A stretch of DNA of 64,000 nt, taken from NCBI GenBank assembly GCA_963700145.1, contig OY969474.1:288001-352000 (forward strand). Direction: 5' to 3'. A model generated the notes under the pieces. That model saw only the letters and a list, made by a program, of their open reading frames with translations. It was not told where the DNA came from and searched no databases. Position 1 is the stretch's first letter. Each line of letters starts with the position of its first letter. The DNA is from an uncultured Acidobacteriota bacterium. Its GTDB lineage: Bacteria > Acidobacteriota > Thermoanaerobaculia > Multivoradales > UBA5704. Shown here one piece after another: positions 10,501-20,272 of this stretch. The position numbers and the translations under genes are program-made.

Positions 10501-11140
10501 CGTTGCTGCTCCACAACGCCAATTCCCCGGGCTCGGTCTGGCCGACGAAGAAGAGCTTCCGGGCCGCCGCGTGGATGCCGGTGACGCCTGGGGCGTCGAA
10601 GACAAGCACCGTTCCTTCCGGCGTGCCGTCACTCCGCCAGAGGTCGCAGCCCAGGTCGGGCGTGCAGCCGGGAAAGTAGAGCGTCTCGTCGATCAGGGCG
10701 ACGGTAGGTGGTTCTGGCAAGGAGGAGAGCGATACCGTGAGGTCCGAGGCCGCGCCGGCGAGGGCGAAGGTCCCTGCGCGTGTCCCGTCCGAGCGCCACA
10801 GTCGTGGCTGCGCATCGCCGGCGGTAACCCAGAACACCAGGTTCGACGTCGTGGCGAGGAACAGGGGACGTGAGGAGCAGGCGCCGGGGCAACCGTCCAC
10901 GAGCAGCTCGGTCCCAGCCGAGGTGCCGTCGCTCGCCCAGGCCTCGTCGCCAACGGTGAAGTCCGCCCGCACGAAGAACACGGCGCTCCGGATGGAGACC
11001 ATCCGGCCCACGAATGAGCTGGACTGGTCCGGACGCGCGGTGCTGATGTCGCGAACCAGAGAGGCGCTCTGAGCCTCCGCGCCATGCGCGAAGAGGACCA
11101 GCGAGGCGCCGAGAGTGGCGAGCCGACCGACTGCCTGCAT
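7577..11140 (-). CDS. Secreted ELWxxDGT repeat protein with two C-terminal LCLxxRF-type domains
   Basis: AAGGAGG SD before ATG 11140, signal peptide, about 18 (E)LW-x-S/T-DGT repeats. Confidence 0.88.
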   Translation of the reverse strand: MQAVGRLATLGASLVLFAHGAEAQSASLVRDISTARPDQSSSFVGRMVSIRSAVFFVRADFTVGDEAWASDGTSAGTELLVDGCPGACSSRPLFLATTSNLVFWVTAGDAQPRLWRSDGTRAGTFALAGAASDLTVSLSSLPEPPTVALIDETLYFPGCTPDLGCDLWRSDGTPEGTVLVFDAPGVTGIHAAARKLFFVGQTEPGELALWSSNGTAAGTIPILDLDARPLALVGTTNRLFFIRVTGSARQLWVSDGTAAGTRQLTSFPAQGVAVRQGSTLQAIGSRVYFLADDGVGGEEIWRSDGTAAGTVRITEFQNPRPFLAPLELVEVADRLIFKANAGDGYGLWSTTGVSRTMSRLAGSCPGCPRLLLEHPLVQTAGRALFAAETTDHGRELWRTDGTQAGTGLLADVCSGRCGGLLTGPARAGSTAFFVASEEGVSSRGANLWRSDGTAAGTHRFTHFTGELEVSQSFLVARGPEVFFTARTQYGHELWVGDGTRPGTRLLTDFADRHDSSTPLELVALGERLFFTACEDRFRKLWRTAGSAATTLALAPSEPETDCPGPNRFPQELTAAAGRLFFLREETLHEPQVWTSDGTPEGTARLAGLPPDLLTTSGSGFAEIHGEVFFTGADPFEYALWQTNGATGGTRKAVDFPTESAADIRHLTALGNELYFTAADHEFGRDVWRSDGTPEGTRKVTDFFGRFNHAADPEFTRVGPWVYFIGREQGGFAQVWKTDGTLAGSTPVHAAGTSLSPAGVGELVSLSGNLYFFAATSSGRGLWRTDGSPEGTVLVRGFRHVPDPGQNPGFLTVFADSLFFVADDGLHGRELWRSDGTDAGTVLVRDIMPGPPGSHPRGLRPAGGRLFFAAGDGVHGWELWQTDGTAQGTRMVQDIAPGAASSYPEELTAAANRLYFSADDGLSGRELWLLELGAPESACVTSPAALCLGGRFRVTATWRDFTGNTGAGTALPLTADTGAFWFFGPENLEVILKVLDGRGLNQHHWVFYGALSSVEYALTVTDVQTGLTARYWNPTGQLASVADTTGFGPLGAFSVAEPSSASGPPPRAGSEVAAVTGPCQPAATRLCLRGGRFAVEATWKDFSGNTGVGSAVPLTGDTGYFWFFGADNVEVVLKVLDGTAVNGKHWVFYGALSSVEYTLRVTDTATGAVKTYTNKSGNLASVADTGAF

Positions 11141-11233
11141 CAACGACCTCCTTGGAACTGTGATCGCGACACTACTGTGGATTCTTTCACCAGCACAACG
11201 CCTCCACGGCCGCCGCGTGCCACAATCCCGCTC

Positions 11234-13861
11234 GTGCCCGACCCCGCCGACGCGCCGGCCGTCCTCTCGTCCGAGCTCGTCCCCACTCTCACCCCAGCCC
11301 CCGGCCGTCCCTCCCTCCTCGACCGCGTCCCGACCGAAGGCGCCGCCGCCGATCCCGAGGCAATCCTCAGCCGCTTCGTCGAATGGGTTGCCGACCTCGG
11401 GCTCGAGCTCTACCCGGCGCAGGAGGAGGCGCTGCTCGAGGTCTTCGCCGGCAAGCACGTCATCCTCAACACGCCGACCGGCTCGGGGAAGTCGCTGGTG
11501 GCGCTCGGGCTCCACTTCAAGGCGCTTTGCGAAGGGCAGACCTCCTTCTATACCAGCCCGATCAAGGCGCTGGCGTCGGAGAAGTTCTTCGCCCTCTGCG
11601 ACGACTTCGGCGCCGCCAACGTCGGCATGCTCACCGGCGACGCCTCGATCAACCCGCGGGCGCCGGTCCTCTGCTGCACCGCCGAGGTGCTCTCCAACAT
11701 GGCGCTCCGCCGCGGCGAGGCACTGGCGGCGCCCTACGTGGTGATGGACGAGTTCCACTACTACTCGGACAACGAGCGCGGCGTCGCCTGGCAGGTGCCG
11801 CTCCTCTCCCTGCCGCGCACCCAGTTCCTGCTGATGTCGGCGACCCTGGGCGACACCAGCGCCATCGCCGAGCACCTGCAGCGGCAGACAGGGCGCGAGG
11901 TGGCGCTGGTCTCCTCCGAGCAGCGGCCGGTGCCGCTCGACTTCACCTACCGTGAGACGCCGCTGCACGAGACGGTCGAGGAGCTGCTCGCCGCCGGCAA
12001 GGCGCCGATCTACATCGTCAGCTTCACCCAACGCGAGTGCGCCGAGCTGGCGCAGGCGCTGACCAGCACCCAGATCACCACCCGCGAGGAGCGGGAGCGG
12101 ATCCGCGAGGCGATCGGCGACTTCCGGCTCGACAGCCCCTACGGCAAGGAGTTCCGCCGCTTCCTCTCCTTCGGCGTCGGCGTCCACCACGCCGGTCTCC
12201 TGCCCAAGTACCGGCTGCTCGTCGAGCAGCTCTCGCAGCAGGGGCTGCTCAAGGTGATCTGCGGCACCGACACGCTCGGCGTCGGGGTCAACATCCCGAT
12301 CCGCACCGTCCTCTTCTCCAAGCTCGCCAAGTTCGACGGCAAGAAGGTGGCGCTGCTCTCGGTGCGCGACTTCAAGCAGATCGCCGGCCGCGCCGGGCGG
12401 AAGGGGTTCGACGACAAGGGGAGCGTCGTCGCGCAGGCGCCCGAGCACGTGATCGAGAAGCGCCTCGCCGACCGCCGCGCCGGCGAGGGGAAGCGGCGGC
12501 GCGGCGGGCCGAAGGCGGCGCCCAAGGGGGAGGTGACCTGGAGCGAGGAGACCTTCCAGAAGCTGATCGCGCGCCCGCCCGAGACCCTGCGCTCGCGCTT
12601 CCGCGTCACCCACGGCATGGTCTTGAACCTCCTGCAGCGCGACGCCGAGCAGGACGACCCGGGGCGGCGCAACTTCTCCTCGCTGCGCGAGCTGATCGCC
12701 CGCAGCCACGAGGACGAGGGCACCAAGACCCGTCTCCTCTCTCACGCCGCGGCGCTCATCCGCTCGCTCTATCGCGCCGGCGTGCTGCGCATGGCCCGCG
12801 ACACGACGTCGCCGTACCTCTGGATCGTCGTCGCCCAGGAGCTGCAGTGGGACTTCTCGCTCCACCAGGCGCTCTCGCTCTACCTCGTCGAGACGCTGCA
12901 GACGCTCGACCCCGAGTCGCCCGACTACGCGCTCGACGTCATCACCCTGGCCGAGGCGGTCTTGGAGGACCCGGAGATCGTGCTGCGCAAGCAGGCCGAC
13001 CGCGCCAAGCAGGAGCTGCTGGCGCGGCTCAAGGAAGAGCGGATGCCCTACGAGGAGCGCATGGAGCGGCTCGAGGAGGTCGCCCACCCGCAGCCGCTCG
13101 CCGACTTCCTCTACGGCAGCTTCAACCGCTTCCGCGGCGCCCACCCATGGGTGGGAAGCCGGGAGATCCGCCCCAAGTCGATCGGGCGCGAGATGTTCGA
13201 GGGCTACCTCTCCTTCGCCGACTACGTGAAGCTCTACGGCCTGCAGCGCAGCGAAGGCGTCCTGCTGCGCTACCTCTCGCAGCTCTACAAGACGCTCGAC
13301 CAGAGCGTGCCGCAGGCGGCGCAGAGCGAAGGCGTGCTCGACGCCGTCGGCTTCTTCCGCGCCTTGATCGAGCACACCGACTCGAGCCTCTTGGAGGAGT
13401 GGGAGAGCCTGCTGCACCCCGAGCTGCGGCTGGCCCGGGAGCGCGAGCGGGAGCTGGCGCGCGAGGCGCTCTGGGTCGACCAGCTCCTGCACGACGCCGG
13501 CGCCTTCGCCGCGCGCGTGCGCGCCGAGCTCCACCTCCTCGTGCGCGCGCTCGCCGACCGCGACTGGGAGGAGGCGGCGCTCTCGGTGCAGCAGGACCCC
13601 GCCGATCCGTGGGACGCCGCGCGCTTCGAGGCGGCGATGGCGCCGTTCTATACCGAGTACCGCGAGCTGGTCTTCACGCCCGAGGCGCGCCGCCACCGCT
13701 GGACGTCGATCCGGCGCAGCGGCGACCGCTTGTGGGAGGTGAGCCAGACGCTGCTCGATCCCGAGGAGGACGACCTCTGGGCGGTGACGGGAACGATCGA
13801 CCTGCGCCGCCCCGGCGCGGTCGAGGGCCCGCTGGTCCGGGTCGCGCGCATCGGCCCTTGA
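11234..13861 (+). CDS. Ski2-like DEAD/DEAH-box helicase with DUF3516-like C-terminus
   Basis: PTGSGKS, DEFH, SAT, QIAGRAGR motifs; GTG start inferred from an upstream TGnCACAAT. Confidence 0.9.
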   Translation: MPDPADAPAVLSSELVPTLTPAPGRPSLLDRVPTEGAAADPEAILSRFVEWVADLGLELYPAQEEALLEVFAGKHVILNTPTGSGKSLVALGLHFKALCEGQTSFYTSPIKALASEKFFALCDDFGAANVGMLTGDASINPRAPVLCCTAEVLSNMALRRGEALAAPYVVMDEFHYYSDNERGVAWQVPLLSLPRTQFLLMSATLGDTSAIAEHLQRQTGREVALVSSEQRPVPLDFTYRETPLHETVEELLAAGKAPIYIVSFTQRECAELAQALTSTQITTREERERIREAIGDFRLDSPYGKEFRRFLSFGVGVHHAGLLPKYRLLVEQLSQQGLLKVICGTDTLGVGVNIPIRTVLFSKLAKFDGKKVALLSVRDFKQIAGRAGRKGFDDKGSVVAQAPEHVIEKRLADRRAGEGKRRRGGPKAAPKGEVTWSEETFQKLIARPPETLRSRFRVTHGMVLNLLQRDAEQDDPGRRNFSSLRELIARSHEDEGTKTRLLSHAAALIRSLYRAGVLRMARDTTSPYLWIVVAQELQWDFSLHQALSLYLVETLQTLDPESPDYALDVITLAEAVLEDPEIVLRKQADRAKQELLARLKEERMPYEERMERLEEVAHPQPLADFLYGSFNRFRGAHPWVGSREIRPKSIGREMFEGYLSFADYVKLYGLQRSEGVLLRYLSQLYKTLDQSVPQAAQSEGVLDAVGFFRALIEHTDSSLLEEWESLLHPELRLARERERELAREALWVDQLLHDAGAFAARVRAELHLLVRALADRDWEEAALSVQQDPADPWDAARFEAAMAPFYTEYRELVFTPEARRHRWTSIRRSGDRLWEVSQTLLDPEEDDLWAVTGTIDLRRPGAVEGPLVRVARIGP

Positions 13862-13924
13862 AGCGCGAGTCGGGGTGATGCACGAGGCTCAACGTCCCCC
13901 AACATCTTGTGGCTTGAGCTTCCC

Positions 13925-13947
13925 TTGACAACAATTCGTGGTACTAT
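13925..13947 (+). promoter_or_regulatory. Extended -10 promoter (TGgTACTAT)
   Basis: TG 13939-40 and TACTAT 13942-47; TTGACA at 13925 has a non-canonical 11-bp spacing. Confidence 0.45.
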
Positions 13948-14035
13948 GCCGCGCATGGCCGGGGGGCAGTCCCAAGGGTGTGTCGGGTGGGTGCTTGAGA
14001 CGTGCTCAACCAGAAAGGAAGGGAGGTGATTCGAG

Positions 14036-14113
14036 ATGGCCGCGAAAAAGCCTGCGCCCAAGAAGAGCGCTGCTAAGAAGTCGACCGCCAAGAAGTCGAG
14101 CAAGAAGAAGTAA
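14036..14113 (+). CDS. 25-aa Lys-rich microprotein MAAKKPAPKKSAAKKSTAKKSSKKK
   Basis: Strong SD GGGAGGTGA, ATG 14036, TAA 14113, AAG-biased codons, downstream hairpin. Confidence 0.75.
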   Translation: MAAKKPAPKKSAAKKSTAKKSSKKK

Positions 14114-14254
14114 GGCAGTACCAGGGGTGTTCACGACCTGAACCCCCGGCCCGTTTCGGACACTTTCCTCTCCTGATCTCAGCTCTTCCCGGCGGCTGGC
14201 TTGCCAGCCGCAGTGTCCCTCCTCTCGCCGCCGGGGCGGCCTACAATACGGACC

Positions 14255-15936
<1,682 letters not shown>

Positions 15937-15940
<4 letters not shown>

Positions 15941-15968
15941 CGCCCGGCCCACGCGCCGGGCGTTTTTT
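15937..15968 (+). repeat. GTAG-type REP acting as probable terminator after hutU
   Basis: GTAG-CGCCCGGC-ccacgc-GCCGGGCG-TTTTTT. Confidence 0.8.
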
Positions 15969-15977
15969 CTTCACCCC

Positions 15978-18900
15978 TTGCGCCGCCTCCCCGAGGTCCC
16001 GATCCTCCTCGCCGCGCTCGCGGCGCCCCTGCTGCCGTCGCCGTTCTCTGCCGTCGCGCTCCTGGCGCTCGGCGCCCTCTGGCTGCGCCGCCGGCCGCCG
16101 CAGCGCGAGATCGCCGTCGTCGGCCTGCCGCTGCTGGTCGCGGTGGCGGCGCTGGCCGGCGAAACGCTGCTCCGCCCGCGCCTCGACGCTCCGCCGGAGA
16201 CCTGGCGGCGCGCTGCCGGGCGCGGCTACGAGCGGCTCTGGCGCGAGCTGGAGCGCGACGCCGGCGCCGCGGCCGCGGCGCTGCCGCCGACCCTCCAGGC
16301 GCCGCTCGCGGCGCCGGCCTCCACTCCCGCCGCGCAGCTCGACGCCTTCCGCCGCCTCGCCGCGCAACGGCCCGGCCGCGGCGCCGGGCGGCACACGCTG
16401 CTCCTCGTCGATCCCGACGGCGCGCCGATCGCCTGGGCGGGGGAGGGGCTGCTGCACGAGCTCGGCGCCGGCGAGCTGCCGCGCGCCGGTCGCCACTTCA
16501 AGGCCGGCTTCGGTGCCGCGACGCTGCTCGTCGTCGAGCCGCTCGGCGCCGCGCGCCGCCCCTGGCGTGTGGTGGCAGGCGCGAGCTACGCCACCGCCTC
16601 GCTCCCCTTCCCGGCGCCCGATCGGGAGCGGCGCTGGGCGCTGGTCGAGGAACCGGGCCGCGCGCTCCCCGGCGCTCTCCAGGTGCCGCTCCCGGCTTCG
16701 CCGACCCTGGTGATCGCCGCCGCCCGCCGTACGGCGGCGGCGCCGCCGCTGCCGCTCCGCCCGCTCGCCTGGGGGGCGCTCGCGGTGGCGCTCCTGGCGC
16801 TGGCGGTGATGCGCGGCGTCGGTCTCGTGCTGCCGGTGCAGCGGCCGGAAGCGCGCGAGCGGCGGCTCTGGGTCGCGGCGCTGGCGCTCGGCGGCGCCGT
16901 CGCCGCCGGGGCCGCCGCGGCGCTGCCGCCGGCGACGCTCGCCGCGCTCGCCGCCGGCGTGGCGCTGGCGGTGGCGGGCGTCGTGCTGCCGCCGCGCGAG
17001 CCCGGGCGCCGCCCGCCCTGGCTCGCGCCGCTGCTCGGCGCGCTCGCCGCGCCGCTCCTCGGCCTCGCCGCCTGGGCCCTCGGCCGCGGCGTCCCCCCTG
17101 ACCTCGCCGCCGACCTCTTCGTGCCGGCGGAGCGCTACGGCCTGCGCCTGGCACTCACGGCGGCCGCGCTCGGCCTCCTCGCCGGGGCGGGGCGGCTCGC
17201 GGCCGGCGCGCGCGGCGCCTTCTGGGCGCGCGAGCGCTGGGCGTGGCTGGCCGTCGCGCTGCTGCTGGCCGGCGGCCTGCTCCACGACCTGCCGCTCGCC
17301 GCGCTGCCGCTGCTCGCCGCCGGCTGCGGCCTGGCGGCCGCCTGGGCGGGGGACCGCCGCTGGTCGGAGCAGCCGCTGGCGCTGGCCGCGCTGGTCCTCC
17401 TCGCCACGCTTGCCGGTGCCGGCGCCTGGGAGACCGCCTACCGCCTGCGGCTGCGCGAGGCCGCGGCCGGCGAGCTGCTGGCGCGGCTGATGCCGCCGCG
17501 GGCGGCGGCGCTGCGGCCGGTCGCCGCCGGGCTCGACCGCCACTTCCGGCGCCGCGACCTGGCGCAGCTTCTGCCGCGCGTGCCGGCCGGCCTCGAGCGG
17601 CAGGACCTCGCCTTCGCGCTGTGGAGCGGCTCGCCTCTGGCGCGCGGCGACGCCCGCACCGCGCTGGTCGTCGAGCCGCGCGAGGGGGAGCGCTCCTCCT
17701 TCGCGTTCGGCCTGCCGCTCGACCCGCAAGGGCGGATCGACGTCCGCCCCGAGCGCTGGCCGGGGGCGCGCCTGCCGCTCGACCGCGCTCTCCTCCTGAG
17801 CGGCATGTCGCCGCTCGCCTTCCGCGGCCGTCCCTGGGCGACGGTGCGCTGGTGGCTCCTCCCCGAGCCGGGCTTCCGCGCCGCCGCGCCGCGCCCGCTC
17901 TCCGGCGTCGCCGAAGGCCTGCTGCGCGGCGAGCCCGGCGCCGCCGAGCCGGCCGGGCTCCCCGAGGCCGCGCGCTTCGCGCTCTACGACGCCCAGGGGC
18001 GGGCGACCCGCTCGCCCTGGCTGGAGACGCCGCCGCTGCCGCCGGCGCTGCGCCGGCGGGCCGCCGCGCAGGCGGCCGTGCGCACGCCCGAAGGGCCGGC
18101 CATGGCCTACGTGCGCCCGCTGCCCGACGGCTGGGCGGCAGTGCTGGTGCCCGCCTTGCGGCCGCTGCCGGCGATCGAGCGTGTCGGCACCTGGGCCTTC
18201 GGCACCCTGGCGCTCGCCGCCGTCGCGCTCGCCGCGGCGCTGCTCCTGGCGCTGCCGCGCGCCGCCTTCCGCGAGAGCCTCGGCCGCGCCGTCCGCACCT
18301 ATTCGAAGCGGCTGCTCATCGTTACCACGCTGCTCCTGCTGGTGCCGCTGCTGCTGCTCAACGTCGTCCTGGTGCGCGCCACCGAGCGCCGGCTCCTGGC
18401 CGCCCGCCGCGACGCCGGCGAGGCCGCCCTCAACACCGTGCAGAAGGTGCTCGGCGACTACATCCTGACCTTCGCCCCCGGCTTCGGCCTCGACACCGCA
18501 CTCGACGACGACCTGCTGGTTTGGCTCTCGCGCGTCACCCGCCACGAGGTCAACCTCTACTGGGGCAGCGGCGTCTACTCCTCGAGCCGCCACGAGCTGT
18601 TCACCGCCGGTCTCCTGCCCAAGCGCATCCCGGGCGAGATCTACTCGCGTCTGGCCCTTCTCGGCTACGAGCTCTCGTCGCGCATCAACCGCGCCGGCGA
18701 GACCGCCTACCTCGAGCTCTACGCGCCGCTGCGCGTGCCGGGGGTACCGGCGGCGCAGGCGCGGCTGTTCCTGTCGATGCCGCTCCTGGCGCAGCAGGAG
18801 GAGGTGGCGCGCGACCTCGCGCACCTGCGTCGCCAGGGCGTGCTGGTGAGCGCCGCCCTCTTCGCCCTCCTCCTGGCCGTGGCGACGCGCCTGGCGCGCA

Positions 18901-20075
18901 ACTTCACCCGGCCGCTCACCGAGCTCGTGGAAGGCACTCGGCGGATCGCCGCCGGCGCGCCGTCGCTCGACCTGGCGCCCACCGAGGTGGAGCTGGCGGC
19001 GCTGGTCGAGGCGGTCGACCAGATGGCGCGGCGGATCGCCGAGGCGCGCGAGCGGCTGCTGCGCGAAAAGCAGGTCGTCGAGCGCATGGTCGAGAACATC
19101 ACCTCCGGCGTCGTCTCGCTCGACGGCGAGGGCCGCGTCCTGATGCACAACCGCGTGGCGGCCGAGCTGCTGGGGACGCGGGTCGGGGAGCGGCTCGCGG
19201 AGGCGGTGACGCGCTCCTCGCGCCTCGCCCCCGTCGCCGCCTTCCTGGGCGGGGTCGCCGGCGAGCCGGCGCGCGCCACCGTGCGCCTGCCGGGCGGCGA
19301 GGGCGACGAGCGGGAGTGGGCGCTGGTCTGGGTGCCGGTGCCGGGAGCGGGGGAGCCGGCGGCGCTCCTCGTCGTCGAGGACGCCACCGAGGTGCTGCGC
19401 GGCCAGCGTCTCCTGGCCTGGGCGGAGATGGCGCGCATCATCGCCCACGAGATCAAGAACCCGCTGACCCCGATCCGCCTCTCGGCCGAGCACATGCGCG
19501 AGGTGCACAAGAGCGACCCGCAGCACTTCGGCGCCGTCTTCGAACGCTGCACCACCAACATCCTGGCGCAGGTCGAAGAGCTGCGGCAGATCGCCTCGGA
19601 GTTCTCGGCCTACAGCTCGATCCCGCGCATCGACCCCAAGCCCGGCGACCTGGCGGCGTCGGTGCGCGAGCTGGTCGAAGGCTACCGGGCGGCGCCGCCC
19701 GAAGGGGTCGAGGTGGACCTGGCGGTGGACGGACCGCTGCCGGCGCGCTTCGACGCCCGGCTCCTCGGCCGCGCGGTGCGCAACCTCCTCGAGAACGCGC
19801 TGCGGGCGAGCGCCGGCGGCGGCCGGGTGACGGTGCGGGTGGAAGGGGACGGCGAGGAGGCGCGGATCGTCGTTGCCGACACCGGCCCGGGCGTGCCGCC
19901 GGAGGTCCTGTCGCGGATCTTCGACCCCTACTTCTCGACCCACGACACCGGCACGGGCCTCGGCCTCCCCATCGCCCGCCGCATCGCCGAAGAGCACGGC
20001 GGCGACCTGACCGCCCGCAACCGCCCCGGCGGCGGGCTGGAGGTGACGATCACGCTGCCGCTCGTGTCGGAGTAA
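15978..20075 (+). CDS. Large membrane-bound NtrY-like sensor histidine kinase
   Basis: Multi-TM N-terminus, HAMP, PAS, AHEIKNPLTPI H-box, NLLENA, DTGPG, GTGLGL. Confidence 0.88.
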   Translation: MRRLPEVPILLAALAAPLLPSPFSAVALLALGALWLRRRPPQREIAVVGLPLLVAVAALAGETLLRPRLDAPPETWRRAAGRGYERLWRELERDAGAAAAALPPTLQAPLAAPASTPAAQLDAFRRLAAQRPGRGAGRHTLLLVDPDGAPIAWAGEGLLHELGAGELPRAGRHFKAGFGAATLLVVEPLGAARRPWRVVAGASYATASLPFPAPDRERRWALVEEPGRALPGALQVPLPASPTLVIAAARRTAAAPPLPLRPLAWGALAVALLALAVMRGVGLVLPVQRPEARERRLWVAALALGGAVAAGAAAALPPATLAALAAGVALAVAGVVLPPREPGRRPPWLAPLLGALAAPLLGLAAWALGRGVPPDLAADLFVPAERYGLRLALTAAALGLLAGAGRLAAGARGAFWARERWAWLAVALLLAGGLLHDLPLAALPLLAAGCGLAAAWAGDRRWSEQPLALAALVLLATLAGAGAWETAYRLRLREAAAGELLARLMPPRAAALRPVAAGLDRHFRRRDLAQLLPRVPAGLERQDLAFALWSGSPLARGDARTALVVEPREGERSSFAFGLPLDPQGRIDVRPERWPGARLPLDRALLLSGMSPLAFRGRPWATVRWWLLPEPGFRAAAPRPLSGVAEGLLRGEPGAAEPAGLPEAARFALYDAQGRATRSPWLETPPLPPALRRRAAAQAAVRTPEGPAMAYVRPLPDGWAAVLVPALRPLPAIERVGTWAFGTLALAAVALAAALLLALPRAAFRESLGRAVRTYSKRLLIVTTLLLLVPLLLLNVVLVRATERRLLAARRDAGEAALNTVQKVLGDYILTFAPGFGLDTALDDDLLVWLSRVTRHEVNLYWGSGVYSSSRHELFTAGLLPKRIPGEIYSRLALLGYELSSRINRAGETAYLELYAPLRVPGVPAAQARLFLSMPLLAQQEEVARDLAHLRRQGVLVSAALFALLLAVATRLARNFTRPLTELVEGTRRIAAGAPSLDLAPTEVELAALVEAVDQMARRIAEARERLLREKQVVERMVENITSGVVSLDGEGRVLMHNRVAAELLGTRVGERLAEAVTRSSRLAPVAAFLGGVAGEPARATVRLPGGEGDEREWALVWVPVPGAGEPAALLVVEDATEVLRGQRLLAWAEMARIIAHEIKNPLTPIRLSAEHMREVHKSDPQHFGAVFERCTTNILAQVEELRQIASEFSAYSSIPRIDPKPGDLAASVRELVEGYRAAPPEGVEVDLAVDGPLPARFDARLLGRAVRNLLENALRASAGGGRVTVRVEGDGEEARIVVADTGPGVPPEVLSRIFDPYFSTHDTGTGLGLPIARRIAEEHGGDLTARNRPGGGLEVTITLPLVSE

Positions 20076-20272
20076 GCTCCTCAGAACGCCCGGGTCCGGG
20101 CGCCCTTTCCCCCTTCTCGTCCTTCCAAGTCGGCAGCCGGCCGCCGAAATCAGGGAACCCGTCCGTCTCAAGAGAGCGAAAGCTACTCCTGATGATAGCG
20201 TCGAGACTCACTCCCTGGGATGCGATAAGCGGCGGGCTGGGACACGCCGCGCCCGCACGCTTGTCCTTGAGA

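Noticed and set aside
11141-13696. N-terminal extension making a 2039-aa ELWxxDGT protein
   Set aside because: Antisense to the helicase; SD and signal peptide start at 11140
13948-14035. Riboswitch or ncRNA in the microprotein leader
   Set aside because: No recognisable family motif; a covariance-model search would be needed
17243-20272. Kinase-TPR fusion implied by the 1738-aa ORF
   Set aside because: Out-of-frame shadow over the kinase gene; the TPR gene plausibly starts at 20273
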